Below are positions 7,664 to 15,970 of a stretch of 50,130 nt of DNA, one piece after another. Every line of letters starts with the position of its first letter. The stretch's first letter is position 1. The notes under the pieces were generated by a model, which searched no databases, had not been told where the DNA came from, and worked only from the letters and a program-made list of their open reading frames with translations. The position numbers and the translations under genes are program-made. This DNA comes from a virus. Location of the stretch: the IMG/VR virus record IMGVR_UViG_3300038701_001690, positions 1 to 50,130 of that record. One strand, given 5' to 3'.

Positions 7664-9159
7664 TACTTATCATTTCCCCAAAACAGCTTTATTTTTTTAT
7701 CAATTTGTTCATCGGTGTATTTTCTTTCACCTTCATCATTCTTCAATTCTTCTAACTGCTTACGATATCTTCCTGAGGGAGTAGTATAATCATACTTTTC
7801 TTCCGGTGGTGGTGCAGTATTGCCAGTTTGACCGGCATCTTGAACAGGAACTGAAGACGAAGGAACGAGAAGTACGTTGCCAGCGTCAAGGGGGAGGGGG
7901 TCGAAGCCAAGTAGATCACGCCCTTCATCTACAGTTATAACCTTTGAATTTAATTTCTTATCCGTAACGGCTGATTGTTTGACCTGAAGAGCCGGTACAG
8001 CCTGTGGATCATAGCAAAGCTTGTATCGCCCTGATTGGTCATATCTTCTCATAAACAAAAGATTCATTTCATCATAAAACCAATTCGCAAATGGGAGAAC
8101 GTCAGAATCGTACATCATATATTTTGACTCTTCAAAGTTGTTCATGGTCATTGAAGAGCTGGTTATCATCGGCAATGGAATGCCCTTGGTAATATAAATT
8201 TGCTCTCTGACAAACTTAATTAACTCCATAAACTCCATGTCTTTATTGGTCTGCGATAACTGTTTAAAATCTTTACCGCCTTCAAGTATAAGAACATCAC
8301 CAGCATTTTCAGCACCGGCTTTCTTTTCTGCCATCTGTGTTCTCATGCGGTTATACTGCGCATCAGTTAAGTTGAATTCTTTGTCTATGATCAATACACC
8401 AGAAGGCCTCATTCCTTTCTTGAGAACAGAAGTATTATTTATATTTGAATATTCATACTCTTCTATTTCATGAAAAATTGGATTAAGCGGGGATAACCCA
8501 AAGAAATCACCACGGCTTTCTCTTGAATTGAATGTCTTAATTTGCCAAAGTTCTTTCGTTCCATCTTTAGTAAAGTATGAGCTTATCTGCTGTACCGCAT
8601 CTTCTGCATAGTGGAAGTTTTCATTCCATTGATTATTATTTAACTGCCATGTTCTCACTCTGCCGTCAGTGCCTTCAACAGGAACAAGGTCAGCCGGATT
8701 GATAAAATAGAATTCAAGTGGTTTAGCTTCTTCTGAAAGAGCCGTTACCAGTATAAAAATATCGCCAGTCACCTCAATTGATGGAACTATTGATTTAATA
8801 AATTCAATCCAAGTTTTATCTCTATTCGGAGTTTTAAGGAATTCTAAAATCTGCGTGGCTGGGATGTTTGGATCTGGCTTTCTTAGATAAACATTTTCAA
8901 CATTGTCATATATTGCCGGAATAATTGTGGTCATTGCCTTGGATTTTCTATCTACAGCATCAAAGATAGGTGAAATCTTTTCGTAGTATTTCCACGCTTG
9001 CGCATTTCTTAAAAGGGCTATGCCATTAGCTGAGCCAAAAGCATATGGGGAAAATATACTAAATCCGCTATTGCACTCAGAAATCCCATCGCTTTTAGTT
9101 TCTAAATCTTCTTCTACGCTTTTACTAAAATAGTTTGTGATGGATTTAAATAAGTTCAT
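7663..9159 (-). CDS. Portal protein
   Basis: 498 aa between TerL and the MuF-like gene. Size and order are typical. Confidence 0.85.
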   Translation of the reverse strand: MNLFKSITNYFSKSVEEDLETKSDGISECNSGFSIFSPYAFGSANGIALLRNAQAWKYYEKISPIFDAVDRKSKAMTTIIPAIYDNVENVYLRKPDPNIPATQILEFLKTPNRDKTWIEFIKSIVPSIEVTGDIFILVTALSEEAKPLEFYFINPADLVPVEGTDGRVRTWQLNNNQWNENFHYAEDAVQQISSYFTKDGTKELWQIKTFNSRESRGDFFGLSPLNPIFHEIEEYEYSNINNTSVLKKGMRPSGVLIIDKEFNLTDAQYNRMRTQMAEKKAGAENAGDVLILEGGKDFKQLSQTNKDMEFMELIKFVREQIYITKGIPLPMITSSSMTMNNFEESKYMMYDSDVLPFANWFYDEMNLLFMRRYDQSGRYKLCYDPQAVPALQVKQSAVTDKKLNSKVITVDEGRDLLGFDPLPLDAGNVLLVPSSSVPVQDAGQTGNTAPPPEEKYDYTTPSGRYRKQLEELKNDEGERKYTDEQIDKKIKLFWGNDK

Positions 9160-9185
9160 AAGCTCATCAATTTAGGTTTTTTCTT

Positions 9186-9217
9186 AAACTATCTCTGTTA
9201 CAAGGATCGTTCAAATT
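9186..9217 (-). promoter_or_regulatory. Candidate late-class promoter upstream of the portal gene
   Basis: Minus strand reads AATTTGAAC, 17 nt, TAGTTT. -35 at 9209-9214, -10 at 9186-9191. Confidence 0.3.
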
Positions 9218-11687
9218 ATAGCCACATGGCTCTAGCTTCCTTTTTAGGCTTGTTAATCATTTCTGTTATCCCAGTGACGCAATCCGGTGCATCATCGTGC
9301 GTATTAGCTTTAAACGCTCGCTTAAATTTTGTCAAATGAGTATAGAATACCGGCCAGCGTACATCCCATCCTTCAGGCATGATAAGCATTTCATTTACCG
9401 TTGCTGAGTTTGAAATAATCCGTGCTTCTTTGTTGTCCGATTGGTGAAACCATCTTATTTTACATGTTGCCGGAGTGAGCTCATCGACTTTTCTCGCATA
9501 TCCTCTGCCTCCATTGTTGCTTTCAATGTCGGCTTCTCTGGTATTATTTCTCTTGAGCATTCCGGCAACCAAAGGCTCTGTAACCTCCATAGGTGCATCA
9601 GTGTAAGAAACATCAATAACATATGCAAGACCGTCACTTGTCTCATCGTAATCTATAGAACAAAGGAAGTCATCGCCAGTATCAGCCGTGTCAGTATAAT
9701 TTTTCCGACAAATAACATTATCGGGCAAATCTCTATATGTTTTAAACGGCTTATAAAGTAAGCCCTCTGTGCTTTCTGGATTTCCTTGATAGAGAGAATT
9801 GAACTTAATTGGATCTTTACCACGTGAGTTCTTAAGCTTCTTAAGTGAATGTCTCTCAGGCCAAAGAGGTTCTTCTTTATTTCTTGGATCTAAATCGGTT
9901 GATTCATTCTCTTTTATTGCTTGGAAATTAACCTTAAACCAACAATCTGAATTTTTGTGCTCTTCGATATCCTCAAAGCTTTTTATTTCAATGACGGTTT
10001 CTTTTGATTCTATAAAACCAACAAGATCTTCTTCGTGCCAACGGGTGAAAACAATCAACTGCTGTGAGTCATTGTGTAAACGGGTATCTGCTACAGTGGT
10101 ATACCAATCTATAACATTTTGTCTTATTGTTGGTGAATTGGCCTCTTTCCAGTCTTTATAAAGGTCATCCATTAGAAGAACGTCAACCGGATCGCCAGTT
10201 AAACCACCCTGATAACCAACCATTTTCAAAGATCCTGTATGATCAACAATCTCCATTTCTTCGGCAGTGTTTATCTTTGTAACATCTTTCTTTCCAGACA
10301 ATCGAGCATCAAATACATCTTGATAAGTCGGCTCACTCATAAGGTTCTTTACACCACGACCAAACTTTCTGGCTTTGGTTGCCGAATAACAAACAGTAGC
10401 AATCTTTAAATCAGGATCACGCCCAATCATCATAGCAGGAGTATAAATTGAAGAACCGTTACTATTATGAGTCAATACTAAATTTTCACCAACAAGATAA
10501 ACGCCTCCCTCAACAGTAATACACCTCCCACATACTGGATTTTTCAATTTAGTTATACTGGTTATTGATCTTCTTCTTTTTGGAAATGATATTTTTACTG
10601 GTCTCTTTCTGATCAATGCAACAGGGATATCAAAATGTGGATTAAAGCACAATTGATACACAGGGTTTCTCCCAATTATACCAGAAGATGAGACAACAGG
10701 AGGAAATTTACTTATGGTAACCCTACATCCAAGGCTGACAACTAATTTCTTAATGTCATCAATAAGAGTTTTATTACATCCAGAGTAAGTAATTCTTCCA
10801 TTTTTTTGATAGGTGTATCCATCTGTATCAATTAGACCTGCCAAAAGCTCAAGACGTTGCTCTGTTGATGATATTAGGTACTTTTCTGGAATGTGCTTAC
10901 TATTTAAAACGCCTATATCTCTTAATTTCCCTCTAAGATCCCTGAAATATGTGGTGTGAACATTTGTCTGTGGATGGATTGCGCAAGAGGTTGATCGAAG
11001 ACCAAGTTTTTTTATTTTTTCAACAACTTCCATATCTTCATGAGAATGATTTATAGTTGGCCTACCAGAACTCCCATCTCCAAGCCAAGCGCCTAAAACA
11101 TACGGGTGAACTTCTAACTGTTTCTTATCAAAATCAACAGATGTATTGTAATCTACAGAAAATCTTCCTCTCCCTCCGCGCTTATTTTTTTTACCTATCC
11201 AAATCCCCCTTTGAATCATTTGTTGAGTTTCTAAAGTTACCTCTCTTCTTTTATCTCTGTCCATAACCACCCATTCATGGCGTGCGTGACATTTAATTTC
11301 AGAACCATCTATGAATTTAACTAAATGATCAGCTTTATTCTCTTTATGGACTTCAAGAACTTTAACAGGATTGCCTTCTCTGCCAAATACAAAATCGCCC
11401 TCTTTGATGTCGCCATGTGTGGCCCATCCCTTAGTGGTGAGAATAGGCGTATCATCAGAAATCAGCTTGCCATGTTGCGGTGGACAACTAACAATAAGCT
11501 TCTTAATATCTCCGTGGATGAACTTATCTAATATTTTATAATAAGTTTTATGAAACGGGGAGCTGTGAAACTTCGGCATTGTATAACGCGCCAAAGCTAA
11601 AGAGTGATTCCTTGCGAAGTTTATCTTCCGGAGTTTTACTTCTTGGTCTGCAAGGAGTATGTCTTCATTCGTAATCGCTAAACTCAT
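9216..11687 (-). CDS. terL: Terminase large subunit, interrupted by an intein in the Walker A loop
   Basis: The PPQHGK / S P-loop is split at aa 74/409. The C-terminal half has terminase ATPase/nuclease character. Follows TerS. Confidence 0.9.
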   Translation of the reverse strand: MSLAITNEDILLADQEVKLRKINFARNHSLALARYTMPKFHSSPFHKTYYKILDKFIHGDIKKLIVSCPPQHGKLISDDTPILTTKGWATHGDIKEGDFVFGREGNPVKVLEVHKENKADHLVKFIDGSEIKCHARHEWVVMDRDKRREVTLETQQMIQRGIWIGKKNKRGGRGRFSVDYNTSVDFDKKQLEVHPYVLGAWLGDGSSGRPTINHSHEDMEVVEKIKKLGLRSTSCAIHPQTNVHTTYFRDLRGKLRDIGVLNSKHIPEKYLISSTEQRLELLAGLIDTDGYTYQKNGRITYSGCNKTLIDDIKKLVVSLGCRVTISKFPPVVSSSGIIGRNPVYQLCFNPHFDIPVALIRKRPVKISFPKRRRSITSITKLKNPVCGRCITVEGGVYLVGENLVLTHNSNGSSIYTPAMMIGRDPDLKIATVCYSATKARKFGRGVKNLMSEPTYQDVFDARLSGKKDVTKINTAEEMEIVDHTGSLKMVGYQGGLTGDPVDVLLMDDLYKDWKEANSPTIRQNVIDWYTTVADTRLHNDSQQLIVFTRWHEEDLVGFIESKETVIEIKSFEDIEEHKNSDCWFKVNFQAIKENESTDLDPRNKEEPLWPERHSLKKLKNSRGKDPIKFNSLYQGNPESTEGLLYKPFKTYRDLPDNVICRKNYTDTADTGDDFLCSIDYDETSDGLAYVIDVSYTDAPMEVTEPLVAGMLKRNNTREADIESNNGGRGYARKVDELTPATCKIRWFHQSDNKEARIISNSATVNEMLIMPEGWDVRWPVFYTHLTKFKRAFKANTHDDAPDCVTGITEMINKPKKEARAMWL
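10464..11465 (-). mobile_element. Intein (334 aa) with LAGLIDADG homing endonuclease, class-3-like
   Basis: Block A LISDDTPILT, block B HARHEW, LGAWLGDGSS and LAGLIDTDGY motifs, block F GRCITVEG, block G LVLTHN followed by +1 Ser. Confidence 0.8.
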
Positions 11688-12072
11688 CTAACCCATCCTT
11701 GACACGCTTAAGAGCCTCAAGCCTTTCTTCCTCAGTCAAATCGGTGTTTAAATTAACGTTAGTATTATGAACCTCAGATTTTTCTATATACCCTCTTTCA
11801 GATCCACGGCACTTCAAGAAGAATATTGTAGCACTGGTATTGCCGGCATTTATCTGCTTATGAAGTGAAGATTCGGCAAAATCCAAGACAACTTCTTTTA
11901 CTGCATCTACATGACCAGCAAACTCTTTGTCTTTTTTAAGCCAGTCATAAAATGTTGATTTTGCAATTCCGGTTGATTTACAAGCCTGCGTAACAATACC
12001 GAGTGATTTCTCTAATGCGTGAAGAAATGTATTCTTCTGCATATTCTCAGCGCCTTTCATTTTTTTAGGCAT
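11665..12072 (-). CDS. terS: Terminase small subunit (HTH type)
   Basis: 135 aa immediately upstream of TerL. Contains HTH GIVTQACKSTGIAKSTFYDWLK and the IFFLK motif. Confidence 0.65.
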   Translation of the reverse strand: MPKKMKGAENMQKNTFLHALEKSLGIVTQACKSTGIAKSTFYDWLKKDKEFAGHVDAVKEVVLDFAESSLHKQINAGNTSATIFFLKCRGSERGYIEKSEVHNTNVNLNTDLTEEERLEALKRVKDGLDEFSDYE

Positions 12073-13244
12073 TATGCTACTCCTGTTTCAAATACTTTGT
12101 CTGAATCAATACCTTTGAGTTTACAGTACCTCTTTACTATAACATCGCAATATTTCGGATCGAGCTCCATCATTCTACATTGACGATTAGATTGATCGCA
12201 CGCAATTAAGGTTGATCCAGAACCACCGAATAAATCAAGGACTATATCTCCTGAGTTTGAGCTTTTAGTAAGAGCGTATCCAGAAAGTTTAACGGGCTTC
12301 TGCGTTGGGTGATCGTAATCAGATCCAGCATCTTTGCCGATCTCCCACACTCCTCCATCACGGCTTCCATTTAATTCTCTTCTTCCATTCTGGCAAAATA
12401 AACAAAGCTCATAGTTTCTCGCATAATCTCCAGAAAGGTCACCAATACATCCCCCGCCTTTATACCAAACTACGGTTGATTTAAACTCATCTTTGTACAT
12501 TTCCCTCCATTGATCATAGACGGGATCTGAAGTCCAAATATACCAGTGAGTATTATTCTTTGAATATATTTTAAGTAAAATTCTAAAATCGAGAATAACA
12601 TCATCATTCATAATCACGTCATGATTGTCATTCATATTGTTTGTATAACTAACACCATAAGGAGGATCTGTAAAAACCATGTCAGCGAGGTCACCATCCA
12701 TCAACATCTTCACATCTACCTCACTGGTAGAATCCCCGCACATTAAACGGTGATCGCCTAACTGGTATATCCTTCCGAGTTCAGTCTTTGGATCTTCTGG
12801 AGGCTCTTCATCGTAATCATCCTCTTCAACCTCTGGCTCTTCTTCCGGTTCAAAGAAATCTAATTCTTCAGAACTGAATCCCCACTCTATCAATGATTCT
12901 ACTTCAAAGTGATTTGCTAACATATCATAATCAAAAGAGCCGGTATTTTTATTAAGCCTTACATTAAGCTCTTTTTCCTGCTCCAATGTAAGCTTCAATT
13001 CAACTGTAGGGACTTCAGTATATCCAAGGGACTCAGCAACTTTGACTCTCTGATGGCCACCTATTATAATATCCATTCTGTCTTTATGTTTATTGACAAT
13101 TACCGGATCGACAAAGCCAAATCTTTTAATGCTGTCCGAGATCGTTCGGTGCTGTTCTTCCGAAAGTGACCTTGGATTATACTCAGCCGAAATAAGATCT
13201 TTTGGGTTTCTTGGCACTATCGTTGCAATAGATTTCTGAGCCAT
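12072..13244 (-). CDS. ParB-like nuclease domain fused to DNA methyltransferase (N6A/N4C, beta class)
   Basis: N-terminal ParB box IIIGGHQRVKV. TDPPYG (motif IV) lies before HPTQKP and FGGSGST (motif I). Confidence 0.85.
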   Translation of the reverse strand: MAQKSIATIVPRNPKDLISAEYNPRSLSEEQHRTISDSIKRFGFVDPVIVNKHKDRMDIIIGGHQRVKVAESLGYTEVPTVELKLTLEQEKELNVRLNKNTGSFDYDMLANHFEVESLIEWGFSSEELDFFEPEEEPEVEEDDYDEEPPEDPKTELGRIYQLGDHRLMCGDSTSEVDVKMLMDGDLADMVFTDPPYGVSYTNNMNDNHDVIMNDDVILDFRILLKIYSKNNTHWYIWTSDPVYDQWREMYKDEFKSTVVWYKGGGCIGDLSGDYARNYELCLFCQNGRRELNGSRDGGVWEIGKDAGSDYDHPTQKPVKLSGYALTKSSNSGDIVLDLFGGSGSTLIACDQSNRQCRMMELDPKYCDVIVKRYCKLKGIDSDKVFETGVA

Positions 13245-13295
13245 AAAAAAACTCTCCTAAACTAATTCTCTTTTTCTCTTTAAGTCAGTAAGAAT

Positions 13296-13330
13296 AATTT
13301 AGAAGAGTTAAATTGTTTTTTCAAATTGTG
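13296..13330 (-). promoter_or_regulatory. Candidate late-class promoter (no GCAGTTC box) for the MTase/terminase/head operon
   Basis: Minus strand reads CAATTTGAAA, 17 nt, TAAATT. -35 at 13319-13324, -10 at 13296-13301. Confidence 0.45.
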
Positions 13331-13336
13331 AGGGAT

Positions 13337-13621
13337 TTATATAAACTCTGTATCGCCTTCAAGTATTGCAATTGAATCCTGATTGTACTTCACCTTCAAT
13401 GTAATAAGATGTTTTTTCATCCAATAAATAACATCATTCTCAGCCTCTACTACTATGCAGAAATTTTGCCAAGGAAGACTTCCATCAGATGAAGCGCAAA
13501 AATGTATTATAGTGTCTTCGTAGCTTTCACAAATTGCTTTGATATCATTGCAGAATTCACTCCACTCCTCTTGCGTTAACTTATCGTCTGTATTTCCGAT
13601 CTGTATACATATTGTGTTCAC
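13337..13621 (-). CDS. Hypothetical protein
   Basis: GTG at 13621 has a GGAGAAAG SD, like sibling boxed leaders. The track's ATG at 13642 abuts the GCAGTTC box and has no SD. Confidence 0.5.
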   Translation of the reverse strand: MNTICIQIGNTDDKLTQEEWSEFCNDIKAICESYEDTIIHFCASSDGSLPWQNFCIVVEAENDVIYWMKKHLITLKVKYNQDSIAILEGDTEFI

Positions 13622-13643
13622 TCTAACTTTCTCCTTTATCATA

Positions 13644-13650
13644 GAACTGC
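13644..13650 (-). promoter_or_regulatory. GCAGTTC box copy
   Basis: Minus strand reads taatGCAGTTCtatgataaaGGAGAAAgttagaGTG. Weak TAAAGT -10 lies 9 nt upstream. No clear -35. Confidence 0.45.
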
Positions 13651-13726
13651 ATTACTAAAACTTTACGGCTTAACCCTCCCCCTCTCCCATTAAGATATCA
13701 AAGATTAAGGATTTTTCAAAAGCTAT

Positions 13727-13978
13727 TCAAATAACTCCTATCGTCCTTTTCAACACTTCAGCCGTTTTCCTCATCCTGTCTTTTACTTTTATATTGAGAT
13801 TCCCTGAAGGCTCGCTGATATGCTCCTCAATAATCTTAACTTCGTATTCATCGCTTATAATCCTGAACACCTTAATAAACTTTTCTGGAATGCTTGCCCG
13901 CATTACTTCAATGCACGGATTATCCATAAAAAAGCTTAATATTTCCTCAAGGCTTTCTTCGTCTTCTCCGTTTTCCAT
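13727..13978 (-). CDS. Hypothetical acidic protein (83 aa)
   Basis: ORF track. ATG start, tight spacing to neighbours. Confidence 0.5.
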   Translation of the reverse strand: MENGEDEESLEEILSFFMDNPCIEVMRASIPEKFIKVFRIISDEYEVKIIEEHISEPSGNLNIKVKDRMRKTAEVLKRTIGVI

Positions 13979-13979
13979 T

Positions 13980-14264
13980 TTACAGGGACTCCACTAATTC
14001 AATAAAATCACTCTTCCTCAAGCACTGAGCGATTGTAAACTTATTGATAAATTCAAGGAACTTGCTTTCTTTTGCATCAAGCGGGCTTAACTCTTCCAGC
14101 TTTTTAATTATCGTCTTCGAAAACTGTAAAACAGTATGCTCATATGAAGAAGCTGATAATTGCCGGACAAAAGAACGCCAAGCGATATTCTTTCCTTGGT
14201 TGGTTATTATTTCATTTGCTGAATATGACGTTTCAGTCTTTAGAAAGTTTTCAATTTTTTTCAT
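13980..14264 (-). CDS. Hypothetical protein
   Basis: Start moved to ATG 14264, just after the upstream stop at 14269. The track start at 14309 is TTG. Confidence 0.5.
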   Translation of the reverse strand: MKKIENFLKTETSYSANEIITNQGKNIAWRSFVRQLSASSYEHTVLQFSKTIIKKLEELSPLDAKESKFLEFINKFTIAQCLRKSDFIELVESL

Positions 14265-14268
14265 TTCT

Positions 14269-14523
14269 TTAATCCTTCTTCCAAGTAGTATAATTAACTT
14301 CAATCTCAACTAATAATTTAAATTCATTCTCACACTCCTCACATTCAATTTCAATTTCATGCTGTTCACCGCTATATTCCCAACTATCCATAAACTCGCA
14401 TCCACAATGAGGGCACGTTATCATACAAGCGCTAGAAGTTGAAACTGGAGAATCTTTAAAATTTTTGATCTTCCAATATATTTCAGAATTCCTATAATAA
14501 AGACCATCTGCATTAAATGGCAT
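14269..14523 (-). CDS. Zinc-ribbon protein
   Basis: ATG at 14523 with GGGGAGG SD. CPHCGCEF ... CEECENEF. Confidence 0.5.
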   Translation of the reverse strand: MPFNADGLYYRNSEIYWKIKNFKDSPVSTSSACMITCPHCGCEFMDSWEYSGEQHEIEIECEECENEFKLLVEIEVNYTTWKKD

Positions 14524-14534
14524 ATCGACCTCCC

Positions 14535-14810
14535 CTAATTCCACGCTGATCTAATTAAATTCTTATGTTGATTCTCCCATCTTCCGGCAGATGTCAACGG
14601 CTCACAATCAATCATTTCTTCAAATCTTTTAATAGCCATAAAAACACCATTCTTCAAAGTGAAGAAATCAAGACTGCTTATCTCTTCCAAAATCTTCTTG
14701 AGTCCTTCAATCGCCTTAAGGACATCTTCAGAATTAAAATTATCTGGATTTTGAACTATCGGCAAATAACTATTTGTTTTATCTCTGTATGATCTTTCAA
14801 TTTTTGTCAT
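14535..14810 (-). CDS. Hypothetical protein
   Basis: ATG at 14810. The track start at 14837 is a TTG inside the GCAGTTC box. Confidence 0.5.
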   Translation of the reverse strand: MTKIERSYRDKTNSYLPIVQNPDNFNSEDVLKAIEGLKKILEEISSLDFFTLKNGVFMAIKRFEEMIDCEPLTSAGRWENQHKNLIRSAWN

Positions 14811-14828
14811 TGTTGAATCTCTTGTTTT

Positions 14829-14872
14829 GAACTGCAATACTTAATAATAATATGAAATTGTAATAAATTCAA
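14829..14872 (-). promoter_or_regulatory. Early-class promoter with GCAGTTC box
   Basis: Minus strand: TTGAAT(14867-14872), 17 nt, TATTAT(14844-14849), 8 nt, GCAGTTC(14829-14835). Confidence 0.6.
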
Positions 14873-14891
14873 TATATATTAATAAATAATA

Positions 14892-15065
14892 TCAATCTTT
14901 TTTACTTTTCTTTCTAAAAGCCGGTTCATTTACATATCTATGCAAGCACCAGAAACACCCCTCTTGCGTGGCCTTACCGGAAGTAATAACCAAGTGAGGA
15001 TTTCCACATATATTGCAAATATCAGGAAGCGCCATTACTGAGAAATCACCGACTTCTATTATCAT
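14892..15065 (-). CDS. Zinc-ribbon mini-protein (57 aa, below ORF-track cutoff)
   Basis: Hand translation: MIIEVGDFSVMALPDICNICGNPH...CFWCLHRY. ATGA overlap with the YopX-like gene. Confidence 0.4.
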   Translation of the reverse strand: MIIEVGDFSVMALPDICNICGNPHLVITSGKATQEGCFWCLHRYVNEPAFRKKSKKD

Positions 15066-15391
15066 TTTAGTAGATCCTCGTTATCATGAATATTGCCTAT
15101 GACTTCACCATCACTTACCCTGTCTACACAGTATCCGTTATTCCAAACAAACATTCCTTCTTCTTCACACCAAGTTACTGTAGCAATTTTATGTCCATTT
15201 TCCCAAGGGCATCTAGCTATATCACCTTCGTAAACTTCAGTACCGTTCTTATCCTTAAGTCCGGTGAATTGTTCGATGATAGAATTATCATGAGGATTTG
15301 TTATAGAGTTCACATGCATTTTACCAAGAACCAATGAATTCACCCATCCACCACGTGCCTTATTCCAAGCTCTAAATTTAAACCTGCTCAT
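15062..15391 (-). CDS. YopX-like protein
   Basis: Product from ATG 15391 begins MSRFKFRAWNK. Also FTGLKDKNGTEVYEGDI and EVIGNIHDNEDLL, classic YopX motifs. Confidence 0.75.
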   Translation of the reverse strand: MSRFKFRAWNKARGGWVNSLVLGKMHVNSITNPHDNSIIEQFTGLKDKNGTEVYEGDIARCPWENGHKIATVTWCEEEGMFVWNNGYCVDRVSDGEVIGNIHDNEDLLK

Positions 15392-15579
15392 TTGCAGCCA
15401 CCTTTGTTCATACAACACACAACCGATACAAATATACATATAAAAGTTATAGTCTTATTCCACTCGATCATATTAAAATTATCTCCGTAAAATAAACTCG
15501 TTGCATTCCCAAGAACTCCTACAGCTACAACCTTAAAAACGATGTAACAAAAACAAAAGAAATATATGAGATCCTTCAT
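15388..15579 (-). CDS. Small membrane protein (63 aa)
   Basis: Two hydrophobic segments. ATGA overlaps on both sides. Confidence 0.45.
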   Translation of the reverse strand: MKDLIYFFCFCYIVFKVVAVGVLGNATSLFYGDNFNMIEWNKTITFICIFVSVVCCMNKGGCK

Positions 15580-15776
15580 TTAAATTCCTTTTTTCTTAAT
15601 TCTCTGTCAACTTCAAGTATCACCGACTGAAACAAACCAATCGGCCATAATGGAATCATCAACAAGCAAAAGAAGAATAACTTCAAGCAAAGTTTGTCTC
15701 GAGCCATTACAAGAAGCATTCCAAGAGCAAAGCATAAAGATCCAACAATTGTGTAATAAGTAACAGCGTCAATCAT
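15576..15776 (-). CDS. Small membrane protein (66 aa)
   Basis: Two predicted TM helices and a charged C-terminus. ATGA overlaps. Confidence 0.5.
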   Translation of the reverse strand: MIDAVTYYTIVGSLCFALGMLLVMARDKLCLKLFFFCLLMIPLWPIGLFQSVILEVDRELRKKEFK

Positions 15777-15970
15777 TTCTTAAGCTCCATAACCAACTTC
15801 ATCCCCTTGCAGAAAAATATAAATTCATTGGGGTTCATAAAGACAACTCTGTTATTCTCGACAGTTAAAGCCAACTCCAAGCCGTCAATCTCTACCTCTG
15901 CACCTTTCTCAATTACCCATTCTTTCCACTTCTGGAAGTTTTCAATTGCAAAAAAATCACTCACCGTCAA
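15773..15970 (-). CDS. Hypothetical protein, non-ATG start
   Basis: ORF track. Only TTG (15970) or GTG (15964) starts are available. Confidence 0.4.
   Translation of the reverse strand: MTVSDFFAIENFQKWKEWVIEKGAEVEIDGLELALTVENNRVVFMNPNEFIFFCKGMKLVMELKK

Noticed and set aside
9441-11531. Five short ORFs antisense or in an alternative frame inside terL (9441-9761, 9455-9646, 9799-10161, 11057-11266, 11325-11531)
   Set aside because: All lie inside the terminase/intein reading frame, which has clear motifs throughout. They are typical AT-rich antisense open frames.
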